Source of the DNA: Phaeosaccion multiseriatum
Lineage: Eukaryota > Protista > Ochrophyta, other classes
Length of the DNA stretch: 64,000 bases
Direction: 5' to 3'
NCBI GenBank assembly: GCA_965112735.1
Contig: OZ218963.1
Span: 2,046,001 to 2,110,000, forward strand
Shown: one piece after another, positions 22,870 to 36,923 of the stretch
Layout: every line of letters begins with the position of its first letter
Numbering within the stretch: the first letter of the stretch is position 1
Made by a program: the position numbers and the translations under genes
The notes under the pieces: generated by a model
Told to the model about the DNA's origin: nothing
What the model saw: the letters and a program-made list of their open reading frames with translations, nothing else
Database searches by the model: none

Positions 22870-24351
22870 CGCTTTACGAAGGGAGGGGCGGGGGGGCTTG
22901 CACAGCACATTCGGGTCATGTCTTCTCGAGCAGTGAGTGGTAGGAGAGCGCGTCGTCCCCGTTTCGCGCCCTCCTTGGACTGCGTGCTCAATCCCCCTAC
23001 ATACCTCCCGTCCCGTCAGACCCTATTTGCCAAGGGCCTTGCTCTGCACTCGGGCATGGACTACGCAATCGTCACGGGCGGAGACGTCGCCCCCCTGGGC
23101 AGAGAGGCCGTTACAGAAGTTCACAAGGTAAGACTTTAAGGATGGCAAAAGCGCACATCAACAGGGTAGGGTTGACACTTTCCCAGTGTGCGCATCGATA
23201 GACATGGCCTCATTTCGACGGCCACTCGATCCCTGCCCCCCTTCCTCCACCGCCCCCCCCCCTCCCTTAGGTGTTTGACTGGGCGCAGAACAGTAGTAAC
23301 GGCGTGCTGTTGTTCGTCGATGAGGCCGACGCATTCCTCCGGCGGCGGAGTACGGAGGTCATCTCGGAGAGCATGCGAAACGCCCTCAACGCCTTCCTGT
23401 ATAGAACAGGGGAGCAGTCGGAGAAGGTGATGCTGGTGTATGCTTCCAACCAGCCCGAGCAGTTCGACGACGCCGTCAACGATCGAATTGACGAGATGGT
23501 ACGTATGTGGGCGTTCCCATTCGCCGGACACGCTTACAGCGAGTATCTCACCCCGTTGGGATCCCTCTGGGCCACCCTTCCCTCCCTTCCTCCCTCCGCG
23601 AAGGTCCACTTTGAGCTACCGGGTAGTACGGAGCGGCGGCGTATGCTGAACATCTACCTCGAGAAGTACCTTCTCACGCCCCCCACTCGGTGGGGCGCCA
23701 AGACCATTGTGGTGGAGGGCATCGAGGACGAGCACATGGATAAAGTGGTGGAGGCCACGGACGGTTTCAGTGGGAGGGAAATCTCAAAGCTCGCCATCGC
23801 GTGGCAGGTGAGGGAGGAAGGAACCACGTATGGCACGGAGGGGAGGAGTAAAGTGTAGTAGAGGGAGGGGGGGGGAGAGAAAGTGTTGATGCATCAGAGG
23901 CAAAGTCACTGATGATGCTGCTGCAGCTGCTGCTGTTTCCGTTCGGCGGCATAGTTCTCCTGCTTTGTCGCTTTCAGAGGCAGATTGAGCATATTGGCAC
24001 GAAGGAAGAGTTTTGGAGAAAACAAAGAGGCAGGGGTGGATTTGGCAGCGATATGCCATACAGCTCTGCTAGGCTCTCTTCCTTCACTTCCCGTCGCCCT
24101 AAACCAATGTGGCCCACCCTAACCGCTCACTTCCTCTGCGCTGTCTACTTCAGGCGGCTGCCTACGGCAGTGAAAAGTGCGTGCTGACGCCGGAGGTGTT
24201 CCTAGAGGTACTGGATGACTTTGTGCTGCAAAAGAGCGTCAAGGTGGACTGGAACCTCATGGCAGAAGCGGCGCAAGACGACGACGCGGAAGCCCAGCAC
24301 GGCTTTTTTAAGCCGCAACAGCAAAAACAGCCGGCCTTTTCACTGCCGTAG
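21217..24351 (+). CDS. ATAD3: ATPase family AAA domain-containing protein 3 (mitochondrial); ~8 exons
   Basis: FDPRALETAA N-terminal motif, coiled coil, RLGKPSLVRETSR, Walker A GPPGTGK|T, GGDVAPLG, Walker B LLFVDEADAFL, FSGREISKL. Confidence 0.95.
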
Positions 24352-24566
24352 TGGTAGCCGGGCCTTTTCACTGAAATGCATGGGGTATTGCGCGGAAGTT
24401 TTGGCTACGTACATGTGGTAATATTACACTCTGCGCGAGTTGATTACAAGGCCGCCAGATCGAGAGATGGAAGAAAAGCCGTCGAGTCGCATACGTGCCG
24501 CGAGGGAAGTAAAGCCTTCGCGTCGCAACTGCGTATGCGACTCTTCAGTTGGGCTCTCCCCTCCGC

Positions 24567-26485
24567 TCAGTGGCCTAGAGGCGCCCTACACAGGCTTCCC
24601 CCAATCTTGCACATGATCTCAGTCACCTCCACGCGCACGCAACAGCCCGCAACCGCAGGAGCTGCTCTGGAGGGCGTGAAAGTGGACTTGCCGTTGCCCT
24701 CCCCCTCCTCCTCCTCCTCCTCCTCCTCCTCCTCCTCGTCCTCCCCGTCTGCACCTATCCCATGTGCGATGAGGTCTCCCACCGTGGAAGCAATGCTTAC
24801 ATGGGGAACGGCGTTCTGAGCGTGAGCACGAGGGGCGCGATGAACCGAAGAGAGAGTAGGGCCAACGACAAATGGCAAGCAGTGGGTGAGTGGTGTAGAA
24901 GTGACGTGTCAGTGCAAAGAATCAAGAGTAGGTGGAGGAACAACTGGGGCAAGTGGGGGGGGAATGTGTTGTGTGTCGGTAACAAGAGACCTCAACAAAA
25001 AAAGAGAAAGCAAGACAGACAATCTCTTTCAATGCACAGACGGGCGCTCTCTCTATCTCAAGGCTTGACTGACCTCGTAGTAACTTGGCAGGCTGAAGCG
25101 CGCCATCAGGGCATCGACTCTCCGGACAAGCTTCTCCACGTGCGCGGCTCCGCCGTCCACGTCCAGGCTGAGAAAGGACCGGGTGCTTTCCTCGTTGACG
25201 AAGACGCGATATTGAGGGCTCACGCTCAGAGAGAAGCTGCCGGGGGGTTCAGCCGGTACAGCCGAGCCGAGCCAAGAAAAGGGGGGTAAAGGAGACACAG
25301 AGGGCGAGGAGATAACGGACCGATGAAGGTGGGTTAAGAGGACCGGAAGGAAGGAAAACGAGTTTTCCCCAATTGAGGTGCACTTTCCCCTCATTTCCGA
25401 AAGAACGAACGAACGACAGAAGAAGCCGAGGAGCATAAGAAGCATAAACGCTGCCGTACCCCTTCCACGCACCTTTTCATACCCTGCACAGCCGTCTGAA
25501 AGGCCCGCCTGAAAGGCTCGAGCTGATGCGGCCGTAGCACAAAGGTCCGCGACACGCTCAAGTGGCTGTACTCCTCTGACTGGTCACTGCCCACGGCGTG
25601 CGGAATCAACACTCCACCTACGTCTACTCCGTCCCACTTCTTTCTGCGACCCCCGCGGTTACTATTCGATGTACCGGCCCCGTTCGATTCGCTGCCATCT
25701 GCCGGTCTTGGCCTCTTCTTTCCCCTGGGACTTTTCCTGTGGTCTGAGGACGAGCGATTACTTGCCCTCTCAGCGCCGTCGCTCCTGCTCTCTTCCACTT
25801 CTCTTTGTGGTGCGCTATTCAGTGTACATCGACGGATGCGCGTTTCTAAGTGCGCTGTACTCTCCTCGCATATGCGACGGAACAGAGGCGTATTCGGCAC
25901 TGCAGCAAAGGCGAGGAGTAGCGTAGAAAAAGGAGGGTACCAAAGGGGTGAGAGAGAAGGAGAGGTGCCTTCGCCTGCGACTGGGGTATCGAGCATCTAC
26001 CCGAGCCTCCCAGTGTTGTGTCACTCTCGCCTTCTGCCCCCCTCCCGTCTGCACCGCCCAATCTCCTCTTTCCTTACCAGGAATAAAGACAAAGGATGCG
26101 TAATTGCCACGCTCGTGCTGGAAGGCGCGTATGAAGGGATTATCAGCCGCGTTGCACCTCGCGGCCGCCATAGCGCGTTCTGTTGTGGCCGCATAGGCTG
26201 TTGGGGGGGAGAGTGGGAGGGGGAGAAGGGGAGGGTTTGAGGGCTTCAAGAGGGGAACATGGAAGCACTTCGGTCCGCCCCGCCCTCTCTCTTCGTCCAC
26301 TCACCGCTGGTAGCAAAGAGTCCATCCAATTGGGGGCTCGGTAGCACTAATGTGGGCCTTGTTGCCGTCGTTGCATCTGCCCCCGGGCCTCCTTTTCCCT
26401 CTCCTCTCCTGCTTGCATATGCCGTCCTTTCGTCATCATCACTACTCGAGTAGTTGGCTGCAATACTTTCCAAGCTTTCGGTCAT
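24567..26485 (-). CDS. USB1: U6 snRNA phosphodiesterase (2H phosphoesterase); ~5 exons
   Basis: RAFQHERGNYASFVFIP, two HxS motifs (HLSVSRT and PHVSIA), FVNEESTRSFL, FSLPSYYE. Confidence 0.92.
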
Positions 26486-26611
26486 TGATCTTGGTTGGGA
26501 AGGGGGGCGGGGACCGGAAGCCCCCCTTAATGACTTACTATACTTTTTTTTTTTTCTCCTCCTCCCCCATCTCACTCTGCTGCGTGCTTCCGGGCGTCCT
26601 CCTTCTCCGGA

Positions 26612-27696
26612 ATGGAGTATAAGGAGCTGCGGTACTTCCTCTCTCATTCCATATCCCTTGGTATCAAGTGCCGCATCCTTCGGCTGGAGCTGCCTGTGGC
26701 AAGCAGTGATGCGGGGGGAGCAGTTCAGAACGCGATTATGGGCGATGATGAAGCAGCAAGACGCGGGCCTCTCCACCCCGGTGTGCACGAGCTCGACACT
26801 CGAGGAACTCTACAGACGGAGTTGATGGTGGCCGCGCAGGTGTACTGCAACGGGCAGCGGATGCACGAGGCGCCAGTGTGCACCCGTACATCTGGCACCA
26901 GTGCCTATCTGCAGCAGCGTGGGGGCGGGTGTATCGTTGTGGTGGATGGAGTGGTGGTGTTACCTGTACGGTATAGGGACCTCTCTCTTGATGCGCAGCT
27001 CGTCCTCACCGTGCTCGGGCCCGGCAAGCAGGTCGGTGCCAGCGATGTGGGGCCGGACAGGTGCTTTTTGTCTTTTTATCACACAGTCAGGCCGCGCCCA
27101 CAAAGGCGAGCAAAGCCAATGCCATGCGGACTCCACGGACAGGAGTTACATTACGTCAATAGCGTGGAAATTGGGGGGGCGGGGCAGCTGTGCTCTTGTG
27201 TGCTCTGTGGCGGTGTCCTCCTGTCTTGTCCTTTGACAATCTTGAAATTGTTTACAAGCCTGTCCCTCCCTTCGAAAGGCAAGCTCTTTCGCGGTCTTGA
27301 TGCATAGCAACCCCCTCTCTGTCGCTACTACTGCTGCACCACCCCCCTCCCTCCCTCCCTCGCTCGGCGCGCCTGCAGGTCCTGGGCGGTGTGGCTCTCG
27401 CTTTCTTCAACCAAAGACGAGCTTTGCTCACGGGGCAGCACAAGCTCAAAGTGCGCATGTGTAGTCACAGTCCTGGTGGAGGAAGCAGTGGTGCCGCCCG
27501 AATGAATTGTCAGCAGGGAGTAGGAGTAAGCTCATTTGCCCGTTACCTCTTGAACGAGGAGGACAGGAGGAAGAGGACGGCGGAACGGAGGGCCATTGGG
27601 CGGGTGGAAGGGGGCAGGCCAGACGGAGCAGGGCAGGAGGAGGAGGAGGAGGAGGAGGAGGAGGATGACGACGACAACGACGACGACGACGACGAC

Positions 27697-27766
<70 letters not shown>

Positions 27767-30700
27767 GCGAGTATTATGCAGAGGGCTTGGGCTATTCACG
27801 CTTCGACGAGGGAGGGAGACTCGAGAAGGCGCAGGTAAGACAGATGGTGGAGCAGACAGACTCCTTTCGTCTCTCTTCTGTGCTCCATTTCTCATCCGTT
27901 TGTCCTTCCCCCCCCCGCCCGCCTCTCCTCCCCTCTTTCTTGCTCCCCGCTGCCCGCGACCATCACGGCATGACTTCGTTAGGAGAAGTATCAGCTGCGA
28001 GCAATGGCGCACATACCATGGCTCGACAATGTGACTCTTCCCCGAGTGGAGCAGATGGTCAATCATTTGTCCAACCAAACCGAGCACGAGAGGCGTCTGT
28101 TTTGGCGCCTGCAGCAGGAGCAGCACCACACACACATCACCGCCAACGCATGCAGGCGCCGCAGCAAGGGCAGGGTGAGGAGAAGAAAGCGGACCCACGG
28201 GGAAAGCGAGCAGCAGCAGCAACAGGACAGCCAGCTTAAGGAAGGAACAGAGGCCTTGGGGCAGGGACGAGAGAGGGCAGCCCCACCTCCTCCTCCTTCT
28301 CCTCCGCCGCCCATCCGGCCGTGTTTGGTGATTTGTCTGCCTTGCTTCAAATATCCAGTGGTGCACGAGCAGCGCCAGTACCTTGGACTGCCATCCGTTG
28401 CTGCGTACAAGACGATGCCAGGCACCGCTGGCGCGTCGCCATACTCATCGCCTTCTCGCTGCCCGATCTCTCCTTTACGCCACCCTATCGCCTCCTCTGC
28501 TGCGGTCACGGCTGTGCATGGTGCCCTCCCTTCCTCCTCCACTTCTTCCGCGACTGCCTGGGCAAATGGGCCTCCGTATCCCAAGGAGGAAGTAGTGGCA
28601 GGAGCAGGACCAGCAGGGGCGAAGGTGGGGGGGACGGAGGGCAACCTAGAGGCGAGGGCGCGGGAACAGCAGCAGCACACAGCGCAGCGGTGGGAGGAAT
28701 CAAACGGACTGCAGCAATATCATCAATCACAGCAGCAACAGCAGCTTTTAGACGCCACTGCTGAAACAAGCTCGATGAGAAGGAATGGTAGCGGTGGTGG
28801 TGGCGGGGGGGGCAGCAGCAGCGTGGGAGCTGAGTTCATGGTGGTGGTAGACTGGGAGATAGAGGAAGACAACCCTGTGGAGGAAAAGTACAGGAGGCTA
28901 CAGCATGATCTGCTTCGGGGGCTGGTGGATCCCGAGCTCAAGCCCAACAGACAGGAAAAGGAGCGCCTGGACCAGATTATCAAGAGCCACGGTCTGGGCT
29001 TCACCAAAGACCACATGAAGATTGAGGACAAAGACTTGCTCTGGAAGTTTAGGTAGGTTGGGGCGTACCTTCGTTAACTTGGGTCAGATTTGTATGGAGT
29101 GTACTCAACGAGTGCAAAGGCCCCTCCCCTCCACGCATTCACATCTTGGATGGAGGCTGGAGTCATGCTCATGCGGTGTCGTGAATGATGCTCGTGCGGT
29201 GTCGTGAGTGAGTGAGTGAGTGATGAGTGAGTCCAGAGGGTGGTTTTGTGCCGGGTGTGTTAGAGTCTCGTTCTTGTGTTGTACCAGTGGGGGGCTTAAA
29301 AGTATTTCCCCGTGCCTATACGCCTTTGCTGTCCCCCGTGCCCATATGCCTGTCCTATCCCCCGTGCCCCTACGCCTGTGCTGTCCCCTCCCCCCTTTAC
29401 AGGTACTGCTTGACGGACAATAGCAAGGCGCTGACGAAGTTCCTCTGTGCAGTGGATTGGGGGGTGGAGTCCGAAGTCAACCAAGTAGATACCCTGCTGC
29501 AGCAGTGGAAGGCGAGAGCGCCCATTGACATAAGCGACGCTCTCAAGCTCCTCGGAAGGTACGGTTTCGAATGCGGGGTGGGCTTTTTTAGGGGGGTGTT
29601 GAGGTGTTCTCTTCAGGTGTTCGCCCTCTATCTTCCAACCTCAGGAGCATTCGAAATCTCCCTGAGCTGCAACACGTGGAGGCTGCTCAGCAGAGCACCT
29701 GCGATGCTGTTCGTAAGAGGCGGATGCAGAATCACTCATTTGCCCTCTCTTTCTGTCTTTCCTCCTCCTTCTCCTCCTCCTCCTCCTCCTCCTCCTCCTC
29801 CTCCTCCTCTTTTCCTCCTCCTCCTCCTCCTCCTTCTCCGTGCACATAACAGGGAGCGCGCCTTCCAGAACTCCGTAGTGAGGTCGTTTGCGGTGGACAC
29901 GTTACGTCGGGCAGGAAATGACGAGCTGCTGGCCTACATGCTGCAGGTAAGTGTGAGGTATTGTCTTGCGTTCCCTCTTCCCACACCCCTCCTATATACG
30001 TAAGCTCACGTAACCCTCCCCCTCCCCGTGGGAAACTTGTTCCGGTGCGTGCTTCTCTCTACAGTTGGTACAAGCCTTGCGCTACGAGCCTCAGCCGCCG
30101 GACGAAGCATTCACCGTCAGCCAAACCACGACCAGCGCAGACACAGGCGCAGAGGAAGCAGCAGCGGCAGGAGCAGTGGGGCAACCCTTGTCACCACCAC
30201 CACCGGGGTCTGGCGATGGGCAACAAGATGACTGGCGACAGAGGATATCCCCACTTGCAGGCTTCCTCATCCAGCGGGCGAGCGAGAGCGTGGAGCTTGC
30301 CAACTTCCTCTTTTGGTACCTCAAGGTGACGATAACGAGCTTTTGTTGCGTCTCTTTTGCGCTGCTCAACGAAGAGCCGGGGCCTGTCCCATCCGTACGC
30401 ACCCCCTTGTCGACGGATGTAGACGGATGTTGACGGGCGTCTTGGAGCTGTGGTGCTCAGCTCCTGTGTCCCTGTTCCCCTCCTCCTGCGCCATCATAAC
30501 CGCAAAAACGCATTCACATTTTTATTATTAGGTGAGCTTGGAAGACGCCACGCACTCTCACGTGTATCGGTCCGTCATGACCGCTTTTCGGAGTGTGCTG
30601 GGGAGACCCGCCGGCATGAAACAGAGGAGCGCAGCAGTAAGCCCCATCGGTAGCAGCGCGCGGGGAGGAGGAGGAGGAGGAGGGGGGGGGAGCGGTGGGC

Positions 30701-33591
30701 AGAAGGCGTCCATCATGGAAATGCTGACGGCGCAGGAGGAGTACATTGACGGTCAGTGCCTCGCATTTGAGGATTTGACTTTGATCAATCACTGTGCGTA
30801 CCACATCGAATCAAGATGTCACGTCTCCACACCATTATTTGTTGTTCATGTAATACCTCTTTTTGGTGCCGCAAGCAAACATCACGAGGTTCTGCTAAAC
30901 CTCCCTCCCTCGCTCTGCCTCTCTCTCTTCACCTCTCCCTTTCTCTCTCTCTCGCACATACATACTCACGCACAAACTCTCTCTCTCTCTTCTCCTCTGT
31001 GTAGGCATTGCCGGTGCGCTGAGAGAAGCTCGGCTGGTAAAGGGTAGAAAGGCCCAAAAGGAGGAACGCCTGCAGCAGCTCCTGTCGGCAGCGAGCTGCA
31101 AGTACGTGAGCAAAGACGGAGGCGTGCCGATGCCACTGGACCCGACGCTTCAGACAACTGGTCTCGTACCGTCGAGCTCGTTCATGTTCAAATCCGCTCT
31201 CTACCCGTGTGTCGTGGAGTTCATTGTGCACTCTGCGCAAGGGGGCAGCTGTGGTTCTGGAGCAGGAACAGGGGGACCAGCAGCAGGACCAGCAGGTGGT
31301 GAGGGGGGCGGCGGCGGCGGCGGCGGTGGTGGTGGTGGTGGTACCAGCGGCGGCAGCGGTGGCAGCGGGCCCGTCGGCAGGGCGCTGGCAGGCTCGACGC
31401 GGAGGACAGGCGTCCACACGTACCGAGTGATTGTCAAGTCAGGGGATGACCTCCGGCAGGACCAACTCATCATTCAGATGATCTCTCTCATGGACAAGTT
31501 GCTCAAGAGGGTCAACCTTGGTGAGTAGTAGGGCGATAACGGAAAGACGAAGAGGAAGAGGAAGGAAGGAGGGTGGGCGCTTCTTGTCGGGAAGGGGAAG
31601 GGGAAGGGTGAGGAGGGACAGACTCGCGGATGATGGAAAGGATCCTCTCTACGCCAGACGGCACTAGTGGACAGGGGGTGGGGGGGGGATATGTTATGTT
31701 GTGTTTTACGTTGACCAGATCGTCTTTCGATGCTCCTTTCGCTCCCCCCCCCCCCTTCGTGTGATATGAATGCTGGCTTCCGAAACGTTCAGATCTGAAG
31801 CTCAAGTGGTACCGTATTCTCGCCACGGGTATCGAGGACGGCTTGGTAGAGTTCGTGTCGGGCTCTTTACCTCTGTCCGCCGTACTGGCCAAGCAGACGC
31901 TTCTCGACTTTCTCCGCCAGCACAATCCCGACCCGGAGGCCCCCCTCGGAGTGTCAGCAGAGGCCATGGATACGTTTGTCAAGAGCACCGCAGGCTACAC
32001 CGTCATCACCTACATTTTGGGCGTTGGAGATCGCCACCTGGATAACCTCATGATCCTTCAGAACGGTGAGAGCAGAGCGGCAGGAGGACTAACGGGATGG
32101 TGTCACAGGATGGTGTGGGGAGGAAGCGTGGAGCGTGTTGACGGGGTCTTGGGTTGTTAGATTGTGCAGAAAGGGTCTGAGTTTGTCCGCCACGCTCCGT
32201 TCGAGGGCGAAGGAGGAAGACCGTTGGCATGACATTGGCATGGGACATTTGGGGGGTAAGGGGAGGGGAGGGGAAGGGAGGGGAAGGTGGTGGAGGGAGG
32301 AGTTTTGATTGCATGGAGATGGGTGGCCGCCATGCCGTTTACGGGGGTTAAACTGTTTACGCACATACCTCTCCACTGTTTTCTGATATTATCTCTCCCC
32401 TCCCTGCCGCTGCCGCTCCTTCTACTGCCGTTTTCCCACAATAGGCGCTCTGTTCCACGTGGATTTCGGTTACATCTTTGGGAGAGACCCAAAGCCCATG
32501 GCGCCTCCCTTCAGGCTCACCCAAGGGGTGCGTTTTGCGTCGCCTTTGTGTCCGTGTCCGTCAGCTTCACCTCTCTCAACAAGAGTGTCTCTCTTCCCTC
32601 CGCTCCCAATTTCTCTTGTCGCCCTCCTAGCCTTTCACAGAAGGAGCAGAGGCATGTCGTCTCATCTGCTCTCCTCCTCACTCCCCTTGTACTGTTCCTC
32701 GCGCTTCTGCAAACCCCCCTTCCTGGATGTGCGTGTGCGTGTGCGTGCGCGTGTCTTCTCGTGTCTGTCTATCTCCTCCGCTTCAGATGGTGGACGCTAT
32801 GGGAGGCTACTCGGGGGAGCCCTACGCGAAGTTCAAGAATCTCTGTTGTCAGGTGAATCTAGTGTGTGTGGCTGTGTGTGCGTGCACGTATATACGTGTA
32901 TATATACAGAAAATGTGTTATATACACATTTTTTCTTTCTGCCCGCCCCCTTTTCACCAACTGTTCTGATTCTCCTTTGGCATGTTTTGCTCCTCGCCTT
33001 CGCGTCCTCCTTATCAAACCCTGCTGCCCAGTGAGCCAATCCACACCTGTCCCTCTCTCTCTCCACTCCAGCTGCAATCATCATTTATTTCCGTTCCCTG
33101 CTCACAAGCTTGCTCCCCCCTCCCACTCTTCCCTTCCTTCCTGCCCCAGGCCTTCAATTGGCTGAGGAAAAGTGCAAGCCTCATCCTGAGCCTCCTCAGC
33201 CTCATGGCAGACGCAGGTGAGCACCAGAGGACCCTTCAATAGCCTATGTGTGTGTGTTCGCATTGAAGGGACGGTTTTCACCCAGTGGAGTGGCTGGGGT
33301 TCTCTCTAACCCCGATCGTGGTCCGTGTTGGTTTCCCCTCTCTAATGGTTTGGTACGTGCTTCTCTTTCTCTCCTCTTCGTCCATCACCACCATTCCATT
33401 CGATTGTAGGCATTCAGGAGCTTTCCAACGACCCCGTTGGAGTGCTGGGCAAAGTGGAAGACAAATTTCGCCTGGACTTGACCGACGAACAGGCAGACCA
33501 CTTCTTTGTCGGCCTCATTGACGAGAGCCTCCGGGCATTGGCACCCAGAGTGCTGGAGGTGATGCACCAAATTGCCACAGCGAGGCGCTGA
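26612..33591 (+). CDS. VPS34: Class III phosphatidylinositol 3-kinase, canonical paralog A (C2-helical-kinase); multi-exon
   Basis: C2 (LPVRYRDLSLDAQL), [70 protein letters not shown]. Stop at 33589-33591. Confidence 0.96.
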
Positions 33592-34577
33592 CTGAGCACG
33601 TCATGAAGTCCGAAGTGGGACTGACTCTTGTTGAGGCTGTGCAATCAAATCTCTTCTCCCAAATCGTTCCTCCTGCTCTCCCCCCAAGTTTTGACGTGGG
33701 CGCTCACTCCCAGGCGCACACGAGAACGCGACGCCGCGCCTTGGCCTGAAAGGTGCACGATACATCAGAGGGAGAGCCAATCCAGGCATGTGAGCACCCC
33801 ATCGTCGCCTCTGACACTCTGTAGAGCTTTGCGGCCTCTCGAGCCTCTGTAGAAACCTGTAGATAAGGCTGCATTTGAGACCGTCTGCTCTCCTCCGGCA
33901 CCTCGAGAACGGTGGTGAAGCTCCGTTCGTGGTGCTCTCGCTCGCTCGAAACACCCCATGTGGAGAGCCAAGTCATTCTGTAGGCTTCCTCCACGGATGT
34001 TCACTATCGAACAGCGGCATTCTTCCCTCCTGTAAGTGTAAAAAATGCCAGTAATAAGGCGCACTGGCCTTTCAGAGTGACTTGGTGAACGGCCACACCA
34101 ACGACCCCTTCCTTTTGGTCCGACTTCGCAGGCAGCGCTCCCCGCCTGAACGCCCTTCGGTACCCGCTTGCCTGCTGTACTGCCCTGCCCTGCCAAATGG
34201 ATTGGGATAAATGACGTCTCCGTCCGTCTCTCCAAGCCCGCACTGCCTGGACTGCTGCTGTAGAGCGCTCAGTGCCGTGATAGGCGCGTAGAGCAGAGCA
34301 TCAACTGCGTCTCGAGGGTTGCCATCTGCAGGTGCGCGCCAGAGTGTTCAACAAGTACACGGCTAGCATGAGCGATCGATCGATGGATCGGTCTGCCGTA
34401 TCTCTGGCGGAGCAGGCCCCACCCTGAGCATCATGACGAGACCCCGTCACCATGCCTCGCTTGGTAGTCTTCTCTTGTATACCCCCTTGCCAACACATGG
34501 TCGCAGGTGGTACCGTCGAGGTCCATCTCTTTTGAGCGATTATCGCTCTCTCTCCCTCCCTCCCTCCCGCTACGCGA

Positions 34578-36776
34578 TCAATACAGCCCATCCTGAATCC
34601 TGGCTCTCAGTGCCTCATGACAAGTCTCCACAGCTTTCCAGTCTTCCTGCTCCAGTGTAGAGAGGCCGCTGTCGTAACCCTTAGGGCACCAATGAAACAC
34701 AGTCTCCTCCGATGCGGCGTCGTATCTAATGTCCAGTACCTGTGGGGCCAAAGAAGTGGAGGAGAGTGGAGTGTCAGTTGCAGTCCCTCGCTCTCTCTCT
34801 TCCTGTTCACGCGTCGCTCTTGATCTCCCAAATGAAATCCCGAAAGGTCGACTCCACCCTCTTCCTGCTCTTTCTCCTCTTAAAACAGACAAACCGTATC
34901 ACCTTGTTGGGAAGGTGGGCCAGCTCCGCGAGTATAGGCATGGTGAGTTGTTTCATCGATTCTGGAAGCATACCACACCATGTGGGACATGCGAGGAAGG
35001 ACATAGAAGTGCGCCGGAGTTTAGTCAACAGCACGGAGAAGAAGAAAAAAACAAAGAGCGGTGATTTGAACAACATTGGCTCGGCACCACAGCGAAAGAA
35101 ACGAGCCAAAACCAGTCAATGTCCGTCAAAATTGCTCGTGCCCCCCCCCCCCCCCCCCTGTTCCTTCTCCTCCTCACCCCTCTGCACATCCCGGGCCCCA
35201 TAGGTGGAAAAGATGAGCGGCGCGGCCCCTTCCGGTGACTCCGCCACTGAATGCTGGTGGAGATAGTGGACAAACTTGGTGCCCGAGAGGTGCTGCCGGA
35301 GGGCAAAGGAGGTGCGCATGGAGTAGAAGAAGATGCCCGCGTGCTGAGCCGCAAAGGCCTCAAGCTTCTTGTCCAGCACCTGCAGGACCTCGGCGGGCCG
35401 CATCGGGAGGAAAGGAATGACCTTGTCGACGGCTTTGCTGAGGCCCAATCTATGTACGGCATGTACGTGTGGTGGGTGAGAGAGAGAGAGGGGGGGGGGG
35501 GGCATCGCAATCATAAGAGGAGGTTTTGAGGTTTGCAGGGAGAGGGAAGAAACAACGCACAAGAGAGGGCAAAGAGGGTGTGGAGCAGGAGCAGAGTTAG
35601 GGTGGGTTGAAATGATAACTCGTGTGGACGACGAGGGCTCTCCAGGGAGAAACACTATGAGTCCTCACACGTACACAGACTAGTGTCTAGTGTCAGTCTT
35701 CCCACTTACTTCTCCCACTGCCTGTCCAGGGCTCGCTTGACGACGAGCTGTAACGGCTTGAAGGGCACGTCCTCACGTCGAGGGTAGCGCGCAATCACGG
35801 ACAGCATCTCCTCGTACCCAATGTCGGAAACCAGTATAAACACGACTTTGCTGCAGTCCACCTGCAGCGCCTTGCCCTCCGTGTAGTAGGTGAAGGCGGG
35901 GTGGGTGGACATGGCCTCCATCAACACGTCGAGCACGCCCGGCGCGAGCTTCTGCACCTCGTCAAAGAGCACTACTGCCCTGCCACTGCAGTCTCGCAGC
36001 TCAGAGATGAGTCGCGTCTTGATAAGGGTGTGGTAAGTGGCAAGGTGGACGCTAGGGTCACTAAAGTCTTCGCCGCGGAAGTTCACAAAGCCCTTGGGCC
36101 GTGTGCCTTCGCCAATGTCGTAGCTCTCCCGCCCCGCGAACAGCGCCTCGGCCATTACCCAGGCCGTCTCTGTCTTGCCCACTCCAGTGGGCCCGGTGAT
36201 GGCCAGAACCAGCGGCCAGAGCTGGGGCTGGTAAGAAGAAACCCCCGCGCCCCTCTCCGATGCCGCAGCCGCCGCAGCCTTGCTCTCCGCCACCACACTC
36301 ATCTGAACCTCCCAGCGCTTCATCTCCACCACCAGCTGCTCCACTGCCATGGGCTGCCCTACGATGCGCCCCTCAAGCGCCTTCGCGAGGTCCTCACTGG
36401 GGTTGGCGGCGAATGGACACAGGTCCCCCAGGCCTGCGTAGTGTTTTAGCGTCCCCCACCCCATGTGGAAGAGGTTGGCGGTGATCTCTGCTACGGGGGC
36501 GTACGAAGCGTACCGCTTCTTGTTCGTGTACTGCTTCACGTCCTCAAAGCCATCCACGCAAAAGTCTTCATCACTGTCTTCACATCCAAGCTCGACTGCT
36601 GCTCCTGCTACTACTGCTGCCCCCCTCGGTGGTGTACTCCAAAGCTCGGGAGCAAAGGAACGGAGGTGGGACGGAATGACAGAGGAAAAGCGAACTTGGA
36701 CACAGAAGAGCAAAGTGACAGAGAGAAAAATGGGGAGGCAGGGCAGAAAAAGCGGCCCTCCTCTCCGTAGTAGCAT
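34578..36776 (-). CDS. Torsin-like single-domain AAA+ ATPase with an N-terminal signal/hydrophobic segment; 4 exons
   Basis: Hydrophobic leader, RIVGQPMAV, PLVLAITGPTGVGKT (Walker A), C...VVLFDEVQK (Walker B), VFILVSDIG (sensor-1 region), VDKVIPFLPM, FSTYGAR. Confidence 0.8.
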
Positions 36777-36923
36777 CTCTTCCTGCGTTCCCGCCTTCTC
36801 TCTTACCCCTCCCCCTGTTTTGCCTCATTACCTCTGGTGCCATCCCCTCCCTATCGATTTCGCAATCTTTCAATCTTTGATGTGTCGACGTCGCAGGTTG
36901 AGGGGCTGCTCCTGACTGCTGTC

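Noticed and set aside
33592-34577. Possible extra small gene between VPS34 and the torsin-like gene
   Set aside because: Only short ORFs with no recognisable motifs or coherent splice pattern; probably convergent 3' UTRs.
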